NCBI GenBank assembly: GCA_951406725.2
Contig: OX597817.1
Location: 14,880,001 to 14,944,000, forward strand
Direction: 5' to 3'
DNA length: 64,000 nt
Source of the DNA: Octopus vulgaris
Lineage: Eukaryota
A model generated the notes under the pieces. The model saw only the letters and a list, made by a program, of their open reading frames with translations, did no database searches and had not been told where the DNA came from. Positions 11,890 to 25,620 of the stretch are shown piece by piece. A program made the translations under genes and the position numbers. Within the stretch, counting starts at the first letter, position 1, and every line of letters starts with the position of its first letter.

Positions 11890-14442
11890 TCTAATCTTTT
11901 GAGGAAATAGAGGGGGATATAACATCACATGATGTGGAAGACAACTGGAGGCTTCTACGGGACAACCTGCTGAAGGCCAAGGACCAGATCTGTGGATGCT
12001 GCAAAGTCCCCTCTCGACCCAAGATAACATGGTGGTGGAACAATGTTGTTGACAGGGCCATTAGGGAAAAGAAACGGGCATGGAAGGACTGGAAGAACGG
12101 TGGTAGCAGGGAATGGTACCAGACTGCCAAAGGGAAGCTAGGAGACAGGTTTATTTAGCCAGAGGGGAAGCAGATAAGAAAAAATTTGTCAATGTTCTGT
12201 CATGAGAACCAAAGACTTGAGGTATTTCCTGTTGCAAGACAGTGTGTGAGAGAGAAATATGTCCACATGGATGATGGTTCACTTGTATTAAATGAGGCTG
12301 CAAAGAGAGAGGTATGGAGATGCCACTATGAAAGGTTGCTAAGTAAAGATAGTGAATGGAAGGAAGAGAGCCTGCCGAATGCCAACCCAACAGAGGGACC
12401 AGCTATCTAAATTGAGAGTGCCTTGATAGATAAAGCAATTAAGGGTATGAATATAGGGAAAGCCCCGGGCCCATCAGGAATCACCTCAGAGATGCTCAAA
12501 ATATCTGGCAGTGTCGGCTACAGCCTAATCAACCAGGTGATACATGAAGGAATCATACCCAATGACTGGTGTAGCAGCACTATAGTCAACTGCTACGAAG
12601 GTAAAGGTGATGCATTAGATACAAATAATTACAGGATCAGGTAATGAAAGTCACGGGGACTTTCATTAGCCCAACTAATTAGGGAGAAGGTCAGTCTAGA
12701 TGAGATGCAGTTTGGGTTTGTGCCAGGGAAAAGCACCACTAATGCTATGCTTCTGGTAAAACGGTTGCAGGAGAAATACCTAGCCAAAGATAAATCCCTG
12801 AGCCTGGCTTTCGTTGACATGGAGAAAGCCTTCAACAGGGTCCCCTGATCCTTTATCTAGTGGTCAATGAGAAAACTAGGGATAGATGAATGGTTAGTGA
12901 GAGCTGTGCAAGAGATGCTGTCAGTAAGGTGAGGGTTGGCAATGAGTACAGTGAAGAATTCTGTATAGAGGTAGGGGTCCACCAGGTTCAGTCCTCAACC
13001 CCCTCCTATTTATCATACTCCTCCAGGCAATAACAGAGGAATTCAAGATAGAATGTCCCTGGGAGCTCCTCTATGCTGATGACCTTGCTTTAATTGCTGA
13101 GTCACTATCAGAACTGGAGATGAAGTTTAGGGTGTGAAAAGTTTCAGGTGAGGAAGCAAGGATTAGAATCGAAGGGCCTTAGAGTCAACGTAGCTAAAAC
13201 CAAAGTCTTAATAAGTAGGAAGGCAATATAAGATGTACCCAGTGTAAGCTATGGATACAGGTGCAGCAATATCAAAGGAAGGCTAAATGGGAAGATAGTT
13301 TTTGTATGTGGCAGATGCTCGGGAGCAATAAATAACTGAAAATATGCAGAAAACAACTGCCACATTCCAGGGAGAAAAACTAGAAGCAGTTGACAGCTTC
13401 CGTTACCTAGGTGATCAAGTCAGTAGCTGCTAGAATAAGAATAGCCTGGGAAAAGTTCAGAGAGCTCCTACCTCTGCAGGTGACAAAGGGCCTCTTGCTC
13501 AGAGTAAAAGGCAGACTGTATGACGCATGTGTACGAACAGCCATGCTACATGGCAGTGAAACATGGGCTGTGACTGCTGAGGACATGTGTAAGTTTGCAA
13601 GGAATGAAGCCAGTATACTCCGCTGGATGTGTAATATCAGTGCATATACGACAGAGTGTAAGTTCCTTGAGAGAAAAGTTGGACCTAAGAAGCATCAAAT
13701 GTGGTGTGCAAGAGAGACGTTTGCGCTGGTATGGCCATGGAGGAGGATAGCTGTGTGAAAAAGTGTCACACCCAAATGGTTAAAGGAACATGTGGAAGAG
13801 CTAGACTTGGGATGAGGTGGTGAAGCACTACCTTCAAACATTAGTCCTCACCGAGACAGCGACTAGTGACAGACCTTTGGAAATATGCTGTGCTTGAGAA
13901 AACCTGGCAAACCAAGTGAGACCATAACCAGTGGTGCCACCAGCCCACTTAGATGTACCTTTCTTTCATTTGACACTAAACTCTGCTTGTGAAGACCTGT
14001 TGAGGCAAGTGAAATTGAAATCACATTCACTGACGTGGCTGATGACAGCACCACCTGACTGGCATCTGTGCTAGTGGAACGTTAAGAGCACCATCCAAGT
14101 GTGATAGTTGCCAGTGGCACGTAAAAGGCACCATTCAAGCATTATCGTTACCAGCACATGAAAAACAACATTCGAGCAAGATCCTTGCCAGTGCAGGTGG
14201 CACATAAAAAATACCATTCGAGCGTGGCCGTTGCCAGTACTGCCTGACTAGCCCTTGTACTGGTGGCACGTAAAAAGCACCCACTACACACTCAGAGTTG
14301 TTAGTGTTAGGAAGGGCATCCAGCTTTAGAAACCCTTTCAGATCAGATTGGAGCCCGGTACAGCTATCTGGCTCGCCAGTCCTCAGTCAAACCATCCAAC
14401 CCATGCCAGCATGGAAAGTGTACGTTAAATGATGATGATGAT
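11890..14442 (+). mobile_element. RTE-clade LINE, 5'-truncated and degenerate (reverse transcriptase remnant, 3' UTR, (GAT)n tail)
   Basis: Broken ORF pieces TWWWN, GKAPGPSGI, QFGFVPGKSTT, LAFVDMEKAF, LLYADD (about 13066-13083), KGRLYDACVRTAMLHGSETW with many stops and frameshifts, followed by repeat-rich UTR and GATGATGAT. Confidence 0.9.
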
Positions 14443-15613
14443 GGCTATGTGGTTCAGAAGTTTACTTTGTATCCACATAGTTTCAGTCCCACTGTATGGC
14501 ACCTTGAGCACGTGTCGTCTAACCCTAGGCAGACCAGTCTTGTGAGTTGATTTGGTTGGCAGAAACTAAGAGGCTCATCAGGTGTTTGTCTTGACAATTG
14601 TGCAGTAGTTGTAAATGAGTGTTATCATCATACTAGCATGACATTTGTTTCTAATCTTCCTTTTAACCCTTTAGTATTTAAACCGGCCATATCCCGTCAA
14701 AATATTTAATCTGCTTTATGTTCAAACTGACCAGATCCAGGCTCTCACACCTACCCTACAATGTTATTCTACATTAAGTAATTACACCATCAAGATCTTG
14801 AAGATATGAGATAATGCATGATTAATTCAAATCAATGGGAATCAATAAGCATTATGTTTGATAGAATAATCAGAATACTAAAGGGTTAAACATGTCCAGA
14901 CATGAGAATTAAGACTGAACTTGGAAACAAGTGTTGGGGACAAGAAGGGTGTCCGAACAAAAAAGATCATCTTTGATTCTGTCCAACCCAAACAAGGAAA
15001 AGTGGACAATAAAATGATAATGATGAAAAATGATTGACACATAAACATCAGTTCAATATCTTTGAATTTAAACTAGCACAAATATATTCTGTTTAATGTT
15101 AAAAGTGGGTTGATCTAGCTTCTCACACTTACGCTACAATATAATTCTAAAAATAAAAGATTACATCATCAAAACCTCAATGCTATAAGATAAAGCCTGA
15201 TTAACTGAAAACTGTGAATAAATATTACACTTGAAGGAGTAATCTGAATGCTAAGGGATTAAACATTGGTAAAGTATAGTTCTAGTGGAACGTAGCAAGT
15301 ATGTTGATGTTCCAGAGTGTATAAAGTGAGCTGACAAAATGGTTTAATTAATAAAGCATCAAATATTGCGAAGATACTAATAATTACAGAAATATTTCCC
15401 AAGTTGTCTCCCATATTTAATGGGGAGAATTGTAAATAGCTTCTTCGTGCAAGTGCTTTCAATCAAAAGAGCTCTGCTGAATGGATGCCAGTTGGTTTCA
15501 GGTGTAGAGAGAACTCATTATTTCAAGGCCTTTCTCATTGATGAGAGACCCCCACCGACTGGACTGGATCTGGTCGGGAGGAGAGGAGTGTAACGATTCC
15601 CATTTTTTATTTT

Positions 15614-15890
15614 ATGCCGCCTCGACTGGCTTCCGTGCAGGTGGCACGTAAAATGCACCAATCCGACCGTGGCCGATGCCAGCCTCGCCTGGCTCCAGGG
15701 CAGGTGGCACGTAAAAAGCACCCACTACACTCACGGAGTGGTTGGCGTTAGGAAGGGCATCCAGCTGTAGAAACATTGCCAGATAAGACCGGAGCCTGGG
15801 GCAGTCTTCTGGCTTCCCAGATCCCCGGTCAAACCGTCCAACCCATGCTAGCATGGAGAACGGACGTTAAACGATGATGATGATGATGAT
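15614..15890 (+). mobile_element. RTE 3'-end fragment
   Basis: Same family tail; further copies at about 17803-18098(+), 18478-18728(+), 23396-23548(+), 35240-35500(-), 49526-49725(+), 53547-53695(+). Confidence 0.85.
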
Positions 15891-17449
15891 GTTAGCACTA
15901 ATTTGACTACATTTCACATTTACTCATAGTAATTTCTCAATTTACATTAAAGGTTCAGGATATTAGAAAAGAAGGCATATACAAAGACGTTTTTTTTTAA
16001 TGGTCACTAAAAATTCAAAGATGATTTTTAAGTCACTGTGTAATATCATTGTTTACATTTTTTTTCCTCTGAACGTTAAATTTGCTTTGAAATTAAACCT
16101 AAAAAGGAACAGAATCAGAGGTTGGACGAAGTGTTCTTTTACCTTCTCAGTTCAAATCTAGTCCACTTCAGAAGTTACCAAAGTACTGAGGTTAGTGTAA
16201 TTGAATATGCGCAGCGATATGGTGTTCCAAATAGTCAAAATAAAACCCAAGTTTAATTTTGCCTTTAACCTCTACTTGATAATTTGTGGCTGTGCATCAC
16301 CTTGTGCATCAGCGTATTTGGTTGTTGGAAACTAAAAGAAGCCTCCTGTATGTGTGGAGACGCAATGGCCCAGTGGTTAGGGTAGCGAACTCGCGGTCGT
16401 AGGATTGCAGTTTCGATTCCCAAACCAGGCATTGTGAGTGTTTATTGAGCGAAAACACCAAAAGGTCCACGAGGCTCCAGCAGGGGGTGGTGGCGTCCGC
16501 CACAACTTTCTCTCACTCTTTCTTCTGTTGGCCTGCTCACTTAGCCAGCGGGGTGGTGTCATTTGAAGGCTAAAACAATGCGAAGCGCATTGTGACCAGC
16601 AATGTGTAGCAACACCTGATATCCTGGTCAGTCATGGTGGTGATATATATATATATATATACATACACATATATACACACACATATTACTGTTTACTTGC
16701 CTTGACATCCTGTAAGTGGTGTTCTTTGTTTCCAATCTCTCATGGAAACACATCTGGTCATAGGAAATGTTTACCTTACTTGGAAACAGGTGAGAGTTGG
16801 CAATAGGAAGGGCATCTGACATAGAAGATCCACCTCAACAAATTTTGTTCAACCCATGGGGAAGCAGATGGTAAACAATGATGGTGAAAAACATTATTAC
16901 TAGACAATGAAAAATCTCAGAGCGAGTTATAAACAATAGCAGCAACACATATCAGTGTCAATCAATACTGGAAAAAGTATATGTATTTGTGAAGGGAACC
17001 TTACTTCTCGTCGACAACTATGATTGTCACACGCCGATGACAGGTCAATACTCTGAAACTTGAGTCCATGTGTATCATAAGTTGAAGATGGGAAGGATGG
17101 CTTCCCTTTGCAAATACTGATAGGGCACAGAAAGTGTGTCTATAGCCAGCTGGAGGAGGTGTCCTCCTGGGGCTACAAACTACAGTAGCATCCACCCTTA
17201 GGGGTTAGCCATATTCAAATGGCAAATATACGTCACGATTATTACTAGATTTTTCTTCAAAAGTTTAATAAGAAAATTGAAAATATTAATTCAGAATAAA
17301 ACATCCCATTTTCTCTCTCAAACTTTTTAATAAATAAAGACCAGTAATCATTCCAGTAGAAGCTTTTTATTTAAAGGGATGTTGATTTTAAAGGTTATTT
17401 TGTTTTGCTAGTTATTGAAGATGTAACAATGTTCTCACTTCATTGTTCC

Positions 17450-20400
17450 TTATGAATTCACTGTGCTCGGCGCTTGCTGAGCAGCCAGTTGAGCTTGAAC
17501 TTTCATCTGTAATAATTCCATGACAACTAAAAAGACAAAAAAACATTCGAGATTCATTTATAGAATTTTTTTTTTTTTGCAGTATAAATGTTTTTTTTCT
17601 TTTTGCTAATGTGATTGTCCATTAAGGTTATGTGTAAATTGTCATTTACCATAAGGATTACATCTCTCTCTCTTTCTTTACATGCTGTGCTTGTTTTACA
17701 GGCATTAGCAGAGACCTCCATGCCAAATTCTGAAGATTCAGGAGTGGTTTCTTGTGAAATATACAGAACTGGTTTCCCATTGCCTTTCAGCAGTTTATTT
17801 GTACCATCCGAATCGTGGCCGAGGCCAGTGCCGCCACGACTGGCTTCCATGCCGGTGGCACGTAAAATGCACCAATCCGACGTTGGCCGTTGCCAGCCTC
17901 ACCTGGTACCTGTGCGGGTGGCACATAAAAAGCACCCACTACACTCACGGAGTGGTTGGCGTTAGGAAGGGCATCCAGCTGTAGAAACATTGCCAGATAA
18001 GACTGGAGCCTGGTGCAGCCTTCTGGCTTCCCAGATCCCCGGTCGAACCGTCCAACCCATGCTAGCATGGAAAGCGGACGTTAAACGATGATGATGGTGA
18101 TATGCTACTCTCCTGCTTACCATTGAAGCACAAGTCTCATTTAAGCTACCCAGAGAAATGTCCAACTTGCAATGGTGATACAGTCAATGCATAGCCTTAA
18201 AAAAAGAAGTAAAGACATTGGGTAATGCAGTGTTAGATACACTCTGCCTCAAATGAAAGAAGGAATGGTCATGGCTGAACAGCCTTTGATCATATATCTG
18301 CACAATCAGGATTGAACTGGGGTTAAACCACATTTATGTTCCACTGCTATACTGTGTCCTGTTCTCACTCAATGGACTCTCAATATGCTAACTGAACATC
18401 AAAGAGTAATGTTCAATTAATATAGAAAGCACACGGTATTTTGCAGTGGTTAGGACTTCCTTCACAGATGGATTTCTACGTGCCGGTGGCATGTAAAAAG
18501 CACCATCCGATCGTGGCCGTTTGCCAGCCTCGTCTGCACCTGTGCCGGTGGCATGTAAAAAACACCCACTACACTCACGGAGTGGTTGGCGTTAGGAAGG
18601 GCATCCAGCCGTAGAAACATTGCCAGATCAGACTGGGCCTGGTGCAGCCTTCTGGCTTCCCAGACCCCAGTTGCACAGTCCAACCCATGCCAGCATGGAA
18701 AGTGGATGCTAAACGATGATGATGATGATTCTACCAGGTAACTTCAAGGATCTTCTGTAGGCATTGCTAATGCAATACATCCAGCTTTTTGATGACTTTC
18801 ACCAACACTTTCCTAATTTCACTTCCATAGGGAACCAACTGCAGAACTATTACACTATACGAATGAACCTTCATGTCAACACTGATGACTCTTATTGCCC
18901 AGATGTGGCACATTTGTTGGATGGCCGTTGCTTTGCCAAATCTGCTGGTCACATTGCCCAAATAGTAGAAATTGTCTGTATGTTCCACAACCTGCTGGAC
19001 ACCAGAACAAAGACCAGACAAGAATCACCATTCCAGAAAGACCTCAAATGCATGAGAATCAGTTGGAGAAGAATGGAAAGAACAGCATCAGATCAACTAC
19101 ACCAGAGAAAGCTGACAACCTTATGCATCTCAGAATGTGAGAGGACTTAAGTGTGTGTATGTATGTATGTATGTATGTATCCAACCCATGCTAGCATGGA
19201 AAGCGGACGTTAAATGATGATGATGTATATATATATATATATATATATCTTATATATAGAAGAAGGTTATTCTATAGCCAATACACTGATTTATCCACTT
19301 ATAATCCACTTGTTACAGGAAAACTGAACTGAAAGCGGGCAACTAACCTTTAGAAAATTTAAATTTCGTTATCTCTATATTGAATCAATTTCGGAATTAA
19401 TCCCTATAAAGGATACATTCTTCTTCAGTAGAGCTTACGAGGGAATATAAATAAAATACTCACATGTGATCATGGAAAAAGCAGAAGTTAAAAACACAAC
19501 TACATTTAAGTACATCATTTATTATAAGTGGATAAATCAGTGTATTGGCTATAGAATAACCTTCTTTAGCTCTTAATTATAAGATGTTTATACTTCAACT
19601 GTAATGGGTTTTTTAATATACTGCCACGCTTTTTGATGGAATCCCTTTCTGTAGAGAAAGGGACTTCATCCTATATTGTTAGTAGTATATATATATATAT
19701 GTTACAGGGAGCTTACCTTGTTTCATCCTGTATTTATCTTGTAAAAGTGGCTGCATCTTTTCTATTTGTTTGGTGATATAATCTACTTTCCTCTTGAAAA
19801 ACTTTTTGCTTGAATCTACTGTCTGAAATATTAGTTAGCAAAATTATTTTAGTTCATTATCATTTAATCCTTTTTTTATATATAACAACAGTAACATTTC
19901 GTGTAATTAATATATTATGGAACAGCAAGATTATGTGTAATTTAACATAAAAATTATGCTTCGTTACCAGAAGATGCAGATTAAATGAAGAGGATTGGCT
20001 TAAGATTATTGTATGCATATTAGTAATAAGATTATTATATAGTATCCACTTCTGTTTTCATGATACAATCTTTTAAACTTTTACTTGTTTTAGTCATTGG
20101 ACTGCATCCATGCTGGGAAACCACCTTGAAGGCTCTATTTTTTTTTGTTTGTTTGGTACTTATTCTTTCAGTCTCTTTTGTCATACTGCTAAGTAACAAG
20201 GACATAAACAAACCAACACTAGCTGTCATGCAGCGGTGGGGGAGGGCATACACAAAGATACAAATTGACCCCAGTACTAAATTTTAAGTTTGGTAATTAT
20301 TCTATCAGTTAATTTTTGCCAAGTTATGGGGATACAACCAAACCAGCACCAGTTGTCAAGCAGTGCTGAGAGAACAAACACGAAGATACACACACGTGTT

Positions 20401-23400
20401 TCTTCCGGTTTTCATTTACCAAATCCACTTACAAGGCTTTGGTCAGCCCTGGGCCATAGCAGAAGACACACCCAATATACCATGCAATGGGACTAAACCC
20501 AGGACCATGTGGTTGAGAAGCTAACTTCTTACACCTACACTAAAATGTATTAATCTTTATATATAAAAGTGAAGTTGTGTGTGTGTCTCCTACGATTTAG
20601 ATTCCTTACTCCCACATTTTGCGGTGCAGTGTAACCAAAACCAGGTATCTTATAGTCGTGATTCATATCGAGCCCTTCTGGGTATTAGCGCGCGTTTACG
20701 ATGAGTCTACGATTTAAAAAAAATTTACCATCATTTTTTCGCTATTATATAAGGGAAGTAACTCTCTAAAAATCTATTATTAAATCTCAGAACGTAAAAA
20801 GCTACAGTAACATCCCCCCCCCTTTGTGGTTAGCCATATTGAAATGGCTATTATACTTTACATCTCTAAAAATGCTTATATAGTTATTTCCCTTACAAAC
20901 CCGAGCAACGCCGGGCGATACTGCTAGTAAGCTATAATTGTCAACAGAGATTCAATGAAATTTTGAATGCCAGTGCAACTATTTGTGTCATGTTTCATCT
21001 CATTTAACATGTCTTTCTACGTTTACCACAATTATATATAACTACAGCTGTCAGAAAAGCAGAAATTCAGCTGTGCTAAACAGACTGTATGCAACTGAAG
21101 CTATTAATACCCTTTCTACCATAGGCACAAGATGTGAAATTTTGGGTAAGTGGGCCAGTTGATTACATCGACTTGTGTTCGGACGGTACTTATTTTATCA
21201 ACCCCAAAAGGCCAAATGGCAAAGTCAACTTCAGAAAATTTACAAATTTAACATTAAAACAACATACATTTTATAATTATATGTCAATCCTCAATTTACA
21301 GTTTTAATGTTTCTGTTTTGCTTTCGGTTTTTTTAATTTTTTTAATATAAAATGAAGTAATACAAACCATTTCAATATAATATCCAGTACCAATGTCAAC
21401 TAAACATTCTTCAACATTAGATAATTTCCCAGGAACATACATCTGGAAATAATATTAAGGAGCTTAAAGACAATAAACATGCAAATCTACTTTTAATCTC
21501 CTTTGATTTTATTCAGTTATTTTTACTCCTAGAAAACTTAAATCTGTTTTCTTTTATCAAATAGAATGGCATATTACATAAGTTTTCAGATTCTGCTCTT
21601 CAATAAAATCTTATTTTATTTTATACGCCGCCCCGACTGGCCTCGTGCCAGTGGCACATAAAAAGCACCGTCCGTTCGTGGCCGTTGCCAGCGCCGCCCC
21701 ATCCGTTCGTGGCCGTTGCAATCCCCGCCTGGCCCCCGTGCCGGTGGCACATAAAAAGCACCATCCGATCGTGGCCGTTTGCCAGACTCGTCTGGCACCT
21801 GTGCTAGTGGCACGTAAAAAGCACCCACTACACTCATGGAGTGGTTGGCGTTAGGAAGGGCATCCAGCCGCAGAAACATTGCCAAATCAGACTGGGCCTG
21901 ATGCAGCCTCCTGGCTTCCCAGATCCCAGTTGAACTGTCCAACCCATGCTAGCATGGAAAGCGGACGCTAAACGATGATGATGATGATGATGACAACTCT
22001 CACAAAAGCTTAATGGTGTTCATGAATTTATGAGATTAATAAATTTTTCCAGTTTGTCAGTTTTTTTTTTAACTTCACAATCTTTCAGAGATTCTTTTTA
22101 AAGAATCTATTAAAACATTATCACTATTAAGTAACTGAAAAACACCCCCACCACCACTGCCATTAAACAATAACAATGTTGGAAAGAGAATCAATCCATA
22201 AGATACGTTTGAGGAACTCGCATAAAAGTTTGGATTTGCATACAACAACATAAGATACACAAATGCAATAAAAGGATACAGATCCTGTAAGAGGAACGAG
22301 AATATCGTTATCCAGATTCTGCTTGGTGACTTGACTAAGACATTCTTGAGATTCACTAAATTTAGTTTGAGCTACTTTCAATTGGTTTAAAGAAAGAGTT
22401 AGAAATTCAATTTCCTGAAAGAAACAAAAGGTAAAATAATCTTACAGCAATTAAAAGTTTGGTTGTTTTAGGCTTTTTTGAAAAGTAAATAACTAGGTTT
22501 TCATTATATCGTCAAAAAGTATATAATCAGTGTATACTATTCTTATAACTTTATTCTTTACTAACATTGTATGCTTAGGATGCACGGCCTAGTGGTTAGG
22601 ATGTTGCACTCAATCACAAAATCGTGGTTTCAGTTCCTAGACCGGGTGGTGCATTGTATTCTTGAGCAAAACACAATAACTCTGAGCACCTTTTCAAACT
22701 CCACCCATCAAACACCCATCTAAATATTTACAAAGTAAGAAAACAGCACAGCTCCCATGACTTTAGGAAACATTTTTTCACGCTGAGAGTTGCTGAAGCA
22801 TGGAACAAACTGCCGGCATCAGTTGTTAGTTGTCGGAGCACTGCATCCTTCAAAACTTCCATGCTTTCTGAGATTCGCCAACACTACACCTGATTTTCTC
22901 CCCTCCATACACACACAAGCATGTATCTGACTCATACACTGTTCGCTTTCCAAACATTTTTACATTACTGCATGTACTTTATATACACTTTCTGACAAGT
23001 TGTGGTGCACCTGAGCACTGTATACAATTATTTCATTATTATTATTATTATCTCACATTGCTCTGTGACCACTTCAACACTGAACGTGTGTAGTAGATGG
23101 TGCACTTGTTCAGGCAACATTGATTTGATGGAGAGAGTGAGCTAATGTACAGCACACACATCTGATCACTATAAACAAACCATTTGTGCAGGTTGTTCAG
23201 TAAAGGCTGAACACTCAAAAGTCATCTTTGACAGGAGAGTCCATCATACAAGAGAGGGGTACAGGCATGGCTTTATGGTTAAGAAGCTTGCTTTGGTTTT
23301 GTTTTGCTTTATTTGCATTCAGTCCACAGCAAGCACCTTGGACAGGTGTCTATTCACCAATTCCTTGTAAGTGAATTTAGTAGATGGAAAATGCAGTGGA

Positions 23401-25620
23401 GTGGTTGGCATTAGGAAGGGCATCCAGCTGTAGAAACTCTGCCAGATCAGACTGGAGCCTGGTGCAGTCATCTGGCTTCCCAGACCCCGGTCGAACCGTC
23501 CAACCCGTGCTAGCGCGGAAAACGGACGTTAAACGATGATGATGATGATATATATATATATATATAGCCTACCTTTCGTATACAAACAGATGTATGACTT
23601 TACTGATAAGTTTAGAGCTCCATATAGATTACCATCACCCACCCTGCTTTCAGTATATTGGTTAACTACTATACTTAATAGTACTACTGGTTATGATACA
23701 CAGAGCAAATGTTGGAGAAATTATAATAAACTTAAGTTTATATCAATTTGTTCTTCCATACATTTCACTGTTGTGACCGTTTGGAACTTCTACATTGGAT
23801 GATCCAAGTGCAACTGGATGCTTAACCACAACAGCTCAGGGAACACCTTTATTGCATCGTTACAGAGCTAATTATTTTCTCTGGACATTGTCGTTAAACA
23901 TCCAGTTGCACTCAAGATAATATTTATGACTATATGCCATAAATACTCTGTAAACTATACTTTTGTGGACATGGATAATGGAATCAGCAGGCATAGTTTT
24001 AGGCCTCTGTTGGGACTTCATCAGCAACTGCCCACTGCTTATATCTCTACGATTATTAAGGGCTTAGGATTGAAACTAGTTCAGCTGATCTCTTTTTTTT
24101 CTATCCTTGAAAATATTGTACATAAAAACAAGATGCTCACATTTGTTCGTTTCATACAATGCTGGCTAAAATCCATAGATATAATGTAATATAGCATTGA
24201 AACAAAATATTGTAAATGCACCAATAATTTATTGATCAAACAGGCTACCAAATATGCCGATCTACCTGATTTACTTAAGCCCTTCGTAATATTGGATGTA
24301 TACGTAGCACCCCCACGGACCGTTTAAGGGGGTACTCAATCACTGAAGATATTATTTCAACTGACTCCTTTTTTTCTGTCCACGAAAATATTGTATATGA
24401 GACAAGGTACATACATCTGTTATTACATAGAATAGCACTGAAACAAGATACTATTAACGTACTAGTTAGTAATTCTTGATATTACCCAACCTAAATATTG
24501 AGGAGTTTAGATAATTAAACAATTCAAAATGCATTAGATCGTCTAATCATAGAGTATTTACAAACATGAGCAGATTAATCTCTCAGAAAAATTACAAATA
24601 TCTTGTGTTTCATTACGTTATGTTACAACTTATTATGGGATCATGCAGAGATATTAAAGATTAAAGATATATTTAAACAGAAAATAGAAATTTGAATTGT
24701 TAAAGAAAAGATCATGGCAAATGAATGGACCAAATCAGACAGCATCAATCAATGGGTTGCAATAAAAATTAATTAAAACTGATATTTTTATGATGATAAT
24801 TTGAACAAAAGATACTGGCAAACCATTTTCATAAATTACATTTATAAACATCATATAATTAATTAGATCATTTTGTACTTGGATGTACAAATATATTCAG
24901 CTCAACCAATAATTAGATCAGATATTAGTTTATTTAGAATTCTCTCATATACATTGAGAAATATTCTTCGTTTGTCTACTGTTGTCTTGATTTTATGAAA
25001 ATTGGAAAAAAAACATTTTAGAGAAATTGCAATTCTGTTTGTATGAAATTGTCCAGTTTTAGTCATTTTGGTTTTTCTTTTGAGGAATTAAGATGGATAT
25101 TTAACAGTATTTGCTTCATCCGACAAGATATTTAAAACTGGATATCACCATTTAAGTAACACTATCACTCAAAACTTAAATATTCTTTTATGTTTCATGA
25201 AATATCAGAAAATCCGACGAGATTGAAATTGCTTTAAGGAACAAAATTCTGCCAAATTTAAGCAGGTTTGGCAATCTTACGGTTCTAGTGTAAGAACCGT
25301 AAGATTGCCGCAGGTTTTTCATAGGCTATCGATGAATAAATTACATAAATATTTATCAAATAAAGTTGTTTTAATGTATTCAGATGTTCTTTGAGATGAA
25401 AATTAAGATTTTATTTTGTAAGGTTTCTAAAATAATGACGGATCAAGAAATTAATTTCGACTCTTTTATAAGAAACAAAAAACTGTCAGTCAAACAAAAA
25501 CCGTTATAAACAACCGTTTCAAGATGTTATCAAAGCCGTTACCTGGTCTAGCTGTTGAGACAACTGATTTAATTGAGGTAAAGGTAAAGTAGAAATATCG
25601 ACTTGTCTTTGTGTGGACAT
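17450..25620 (-). CDS. PFDN5: Prefoldin subunit 5, complete, 5 coding exons, 156 aa
   Basis: Exons 25620-25543, 22414-22280, 21442-21368, 19822-19717, 17526-17450: MSTQRQVDISTLPLPQLNQLSQQLDQ/EIEFL...ILVPLTGS/MYVPGKLSNVEECLVDIGTGYYIEM/TVDSSKKFFKRKVDYI.../VVMELLQMKVQ...*. Contains the diagnostic LVPLTxSMYVPG and DIGTGYY motifs. Confidence 0.96.
19261..19565. repeat. Perfect 45-bp inverted repeat with 215-bp spacer, in an element between (TA)n tracts
   Basis: 19261-19305 is the exact reverse complement of 19521-19565. Confidence 0.85.
20554..20927 (+). mobile_element. Non-autonomous Helitron (truncated reverse copy about 43309-43631)
   Basis: A|TC start, CTAG|T end, GC-rich subterminal hairpin CCCGAGCAACGCCGGG, no TSD. 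Confidence 0.8.
21443..22279 (-). other. U12-type GT-AG intron in PFDN5
   Basis: Minus-strand donor GTATCCTTTT at 22279 (perfect U12 consensus); branch site TCCTTAAT at 21461-21454 shortly before the CAG acceptor; junction at LTGS|MYVPG. Confidence 0.92.
21626..21992 (+). mobile_element. RTE 3'-end fragment inside the PFDN5 U12 intron (antisense to the gene)
   Basis: Same family tandem units and (GAT)n tail. Confidence 0.85.
25270..25309. mobile_element. 40-bp palindromic mini-element with 8-bp flanking direct repeat
   Basis: GCAGGTTT|GGCAATCTTACGGTTCT-AGTGTA-AGAACCGTAAGATTGCC|GCAGGTTT. Confidence 0.7.
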
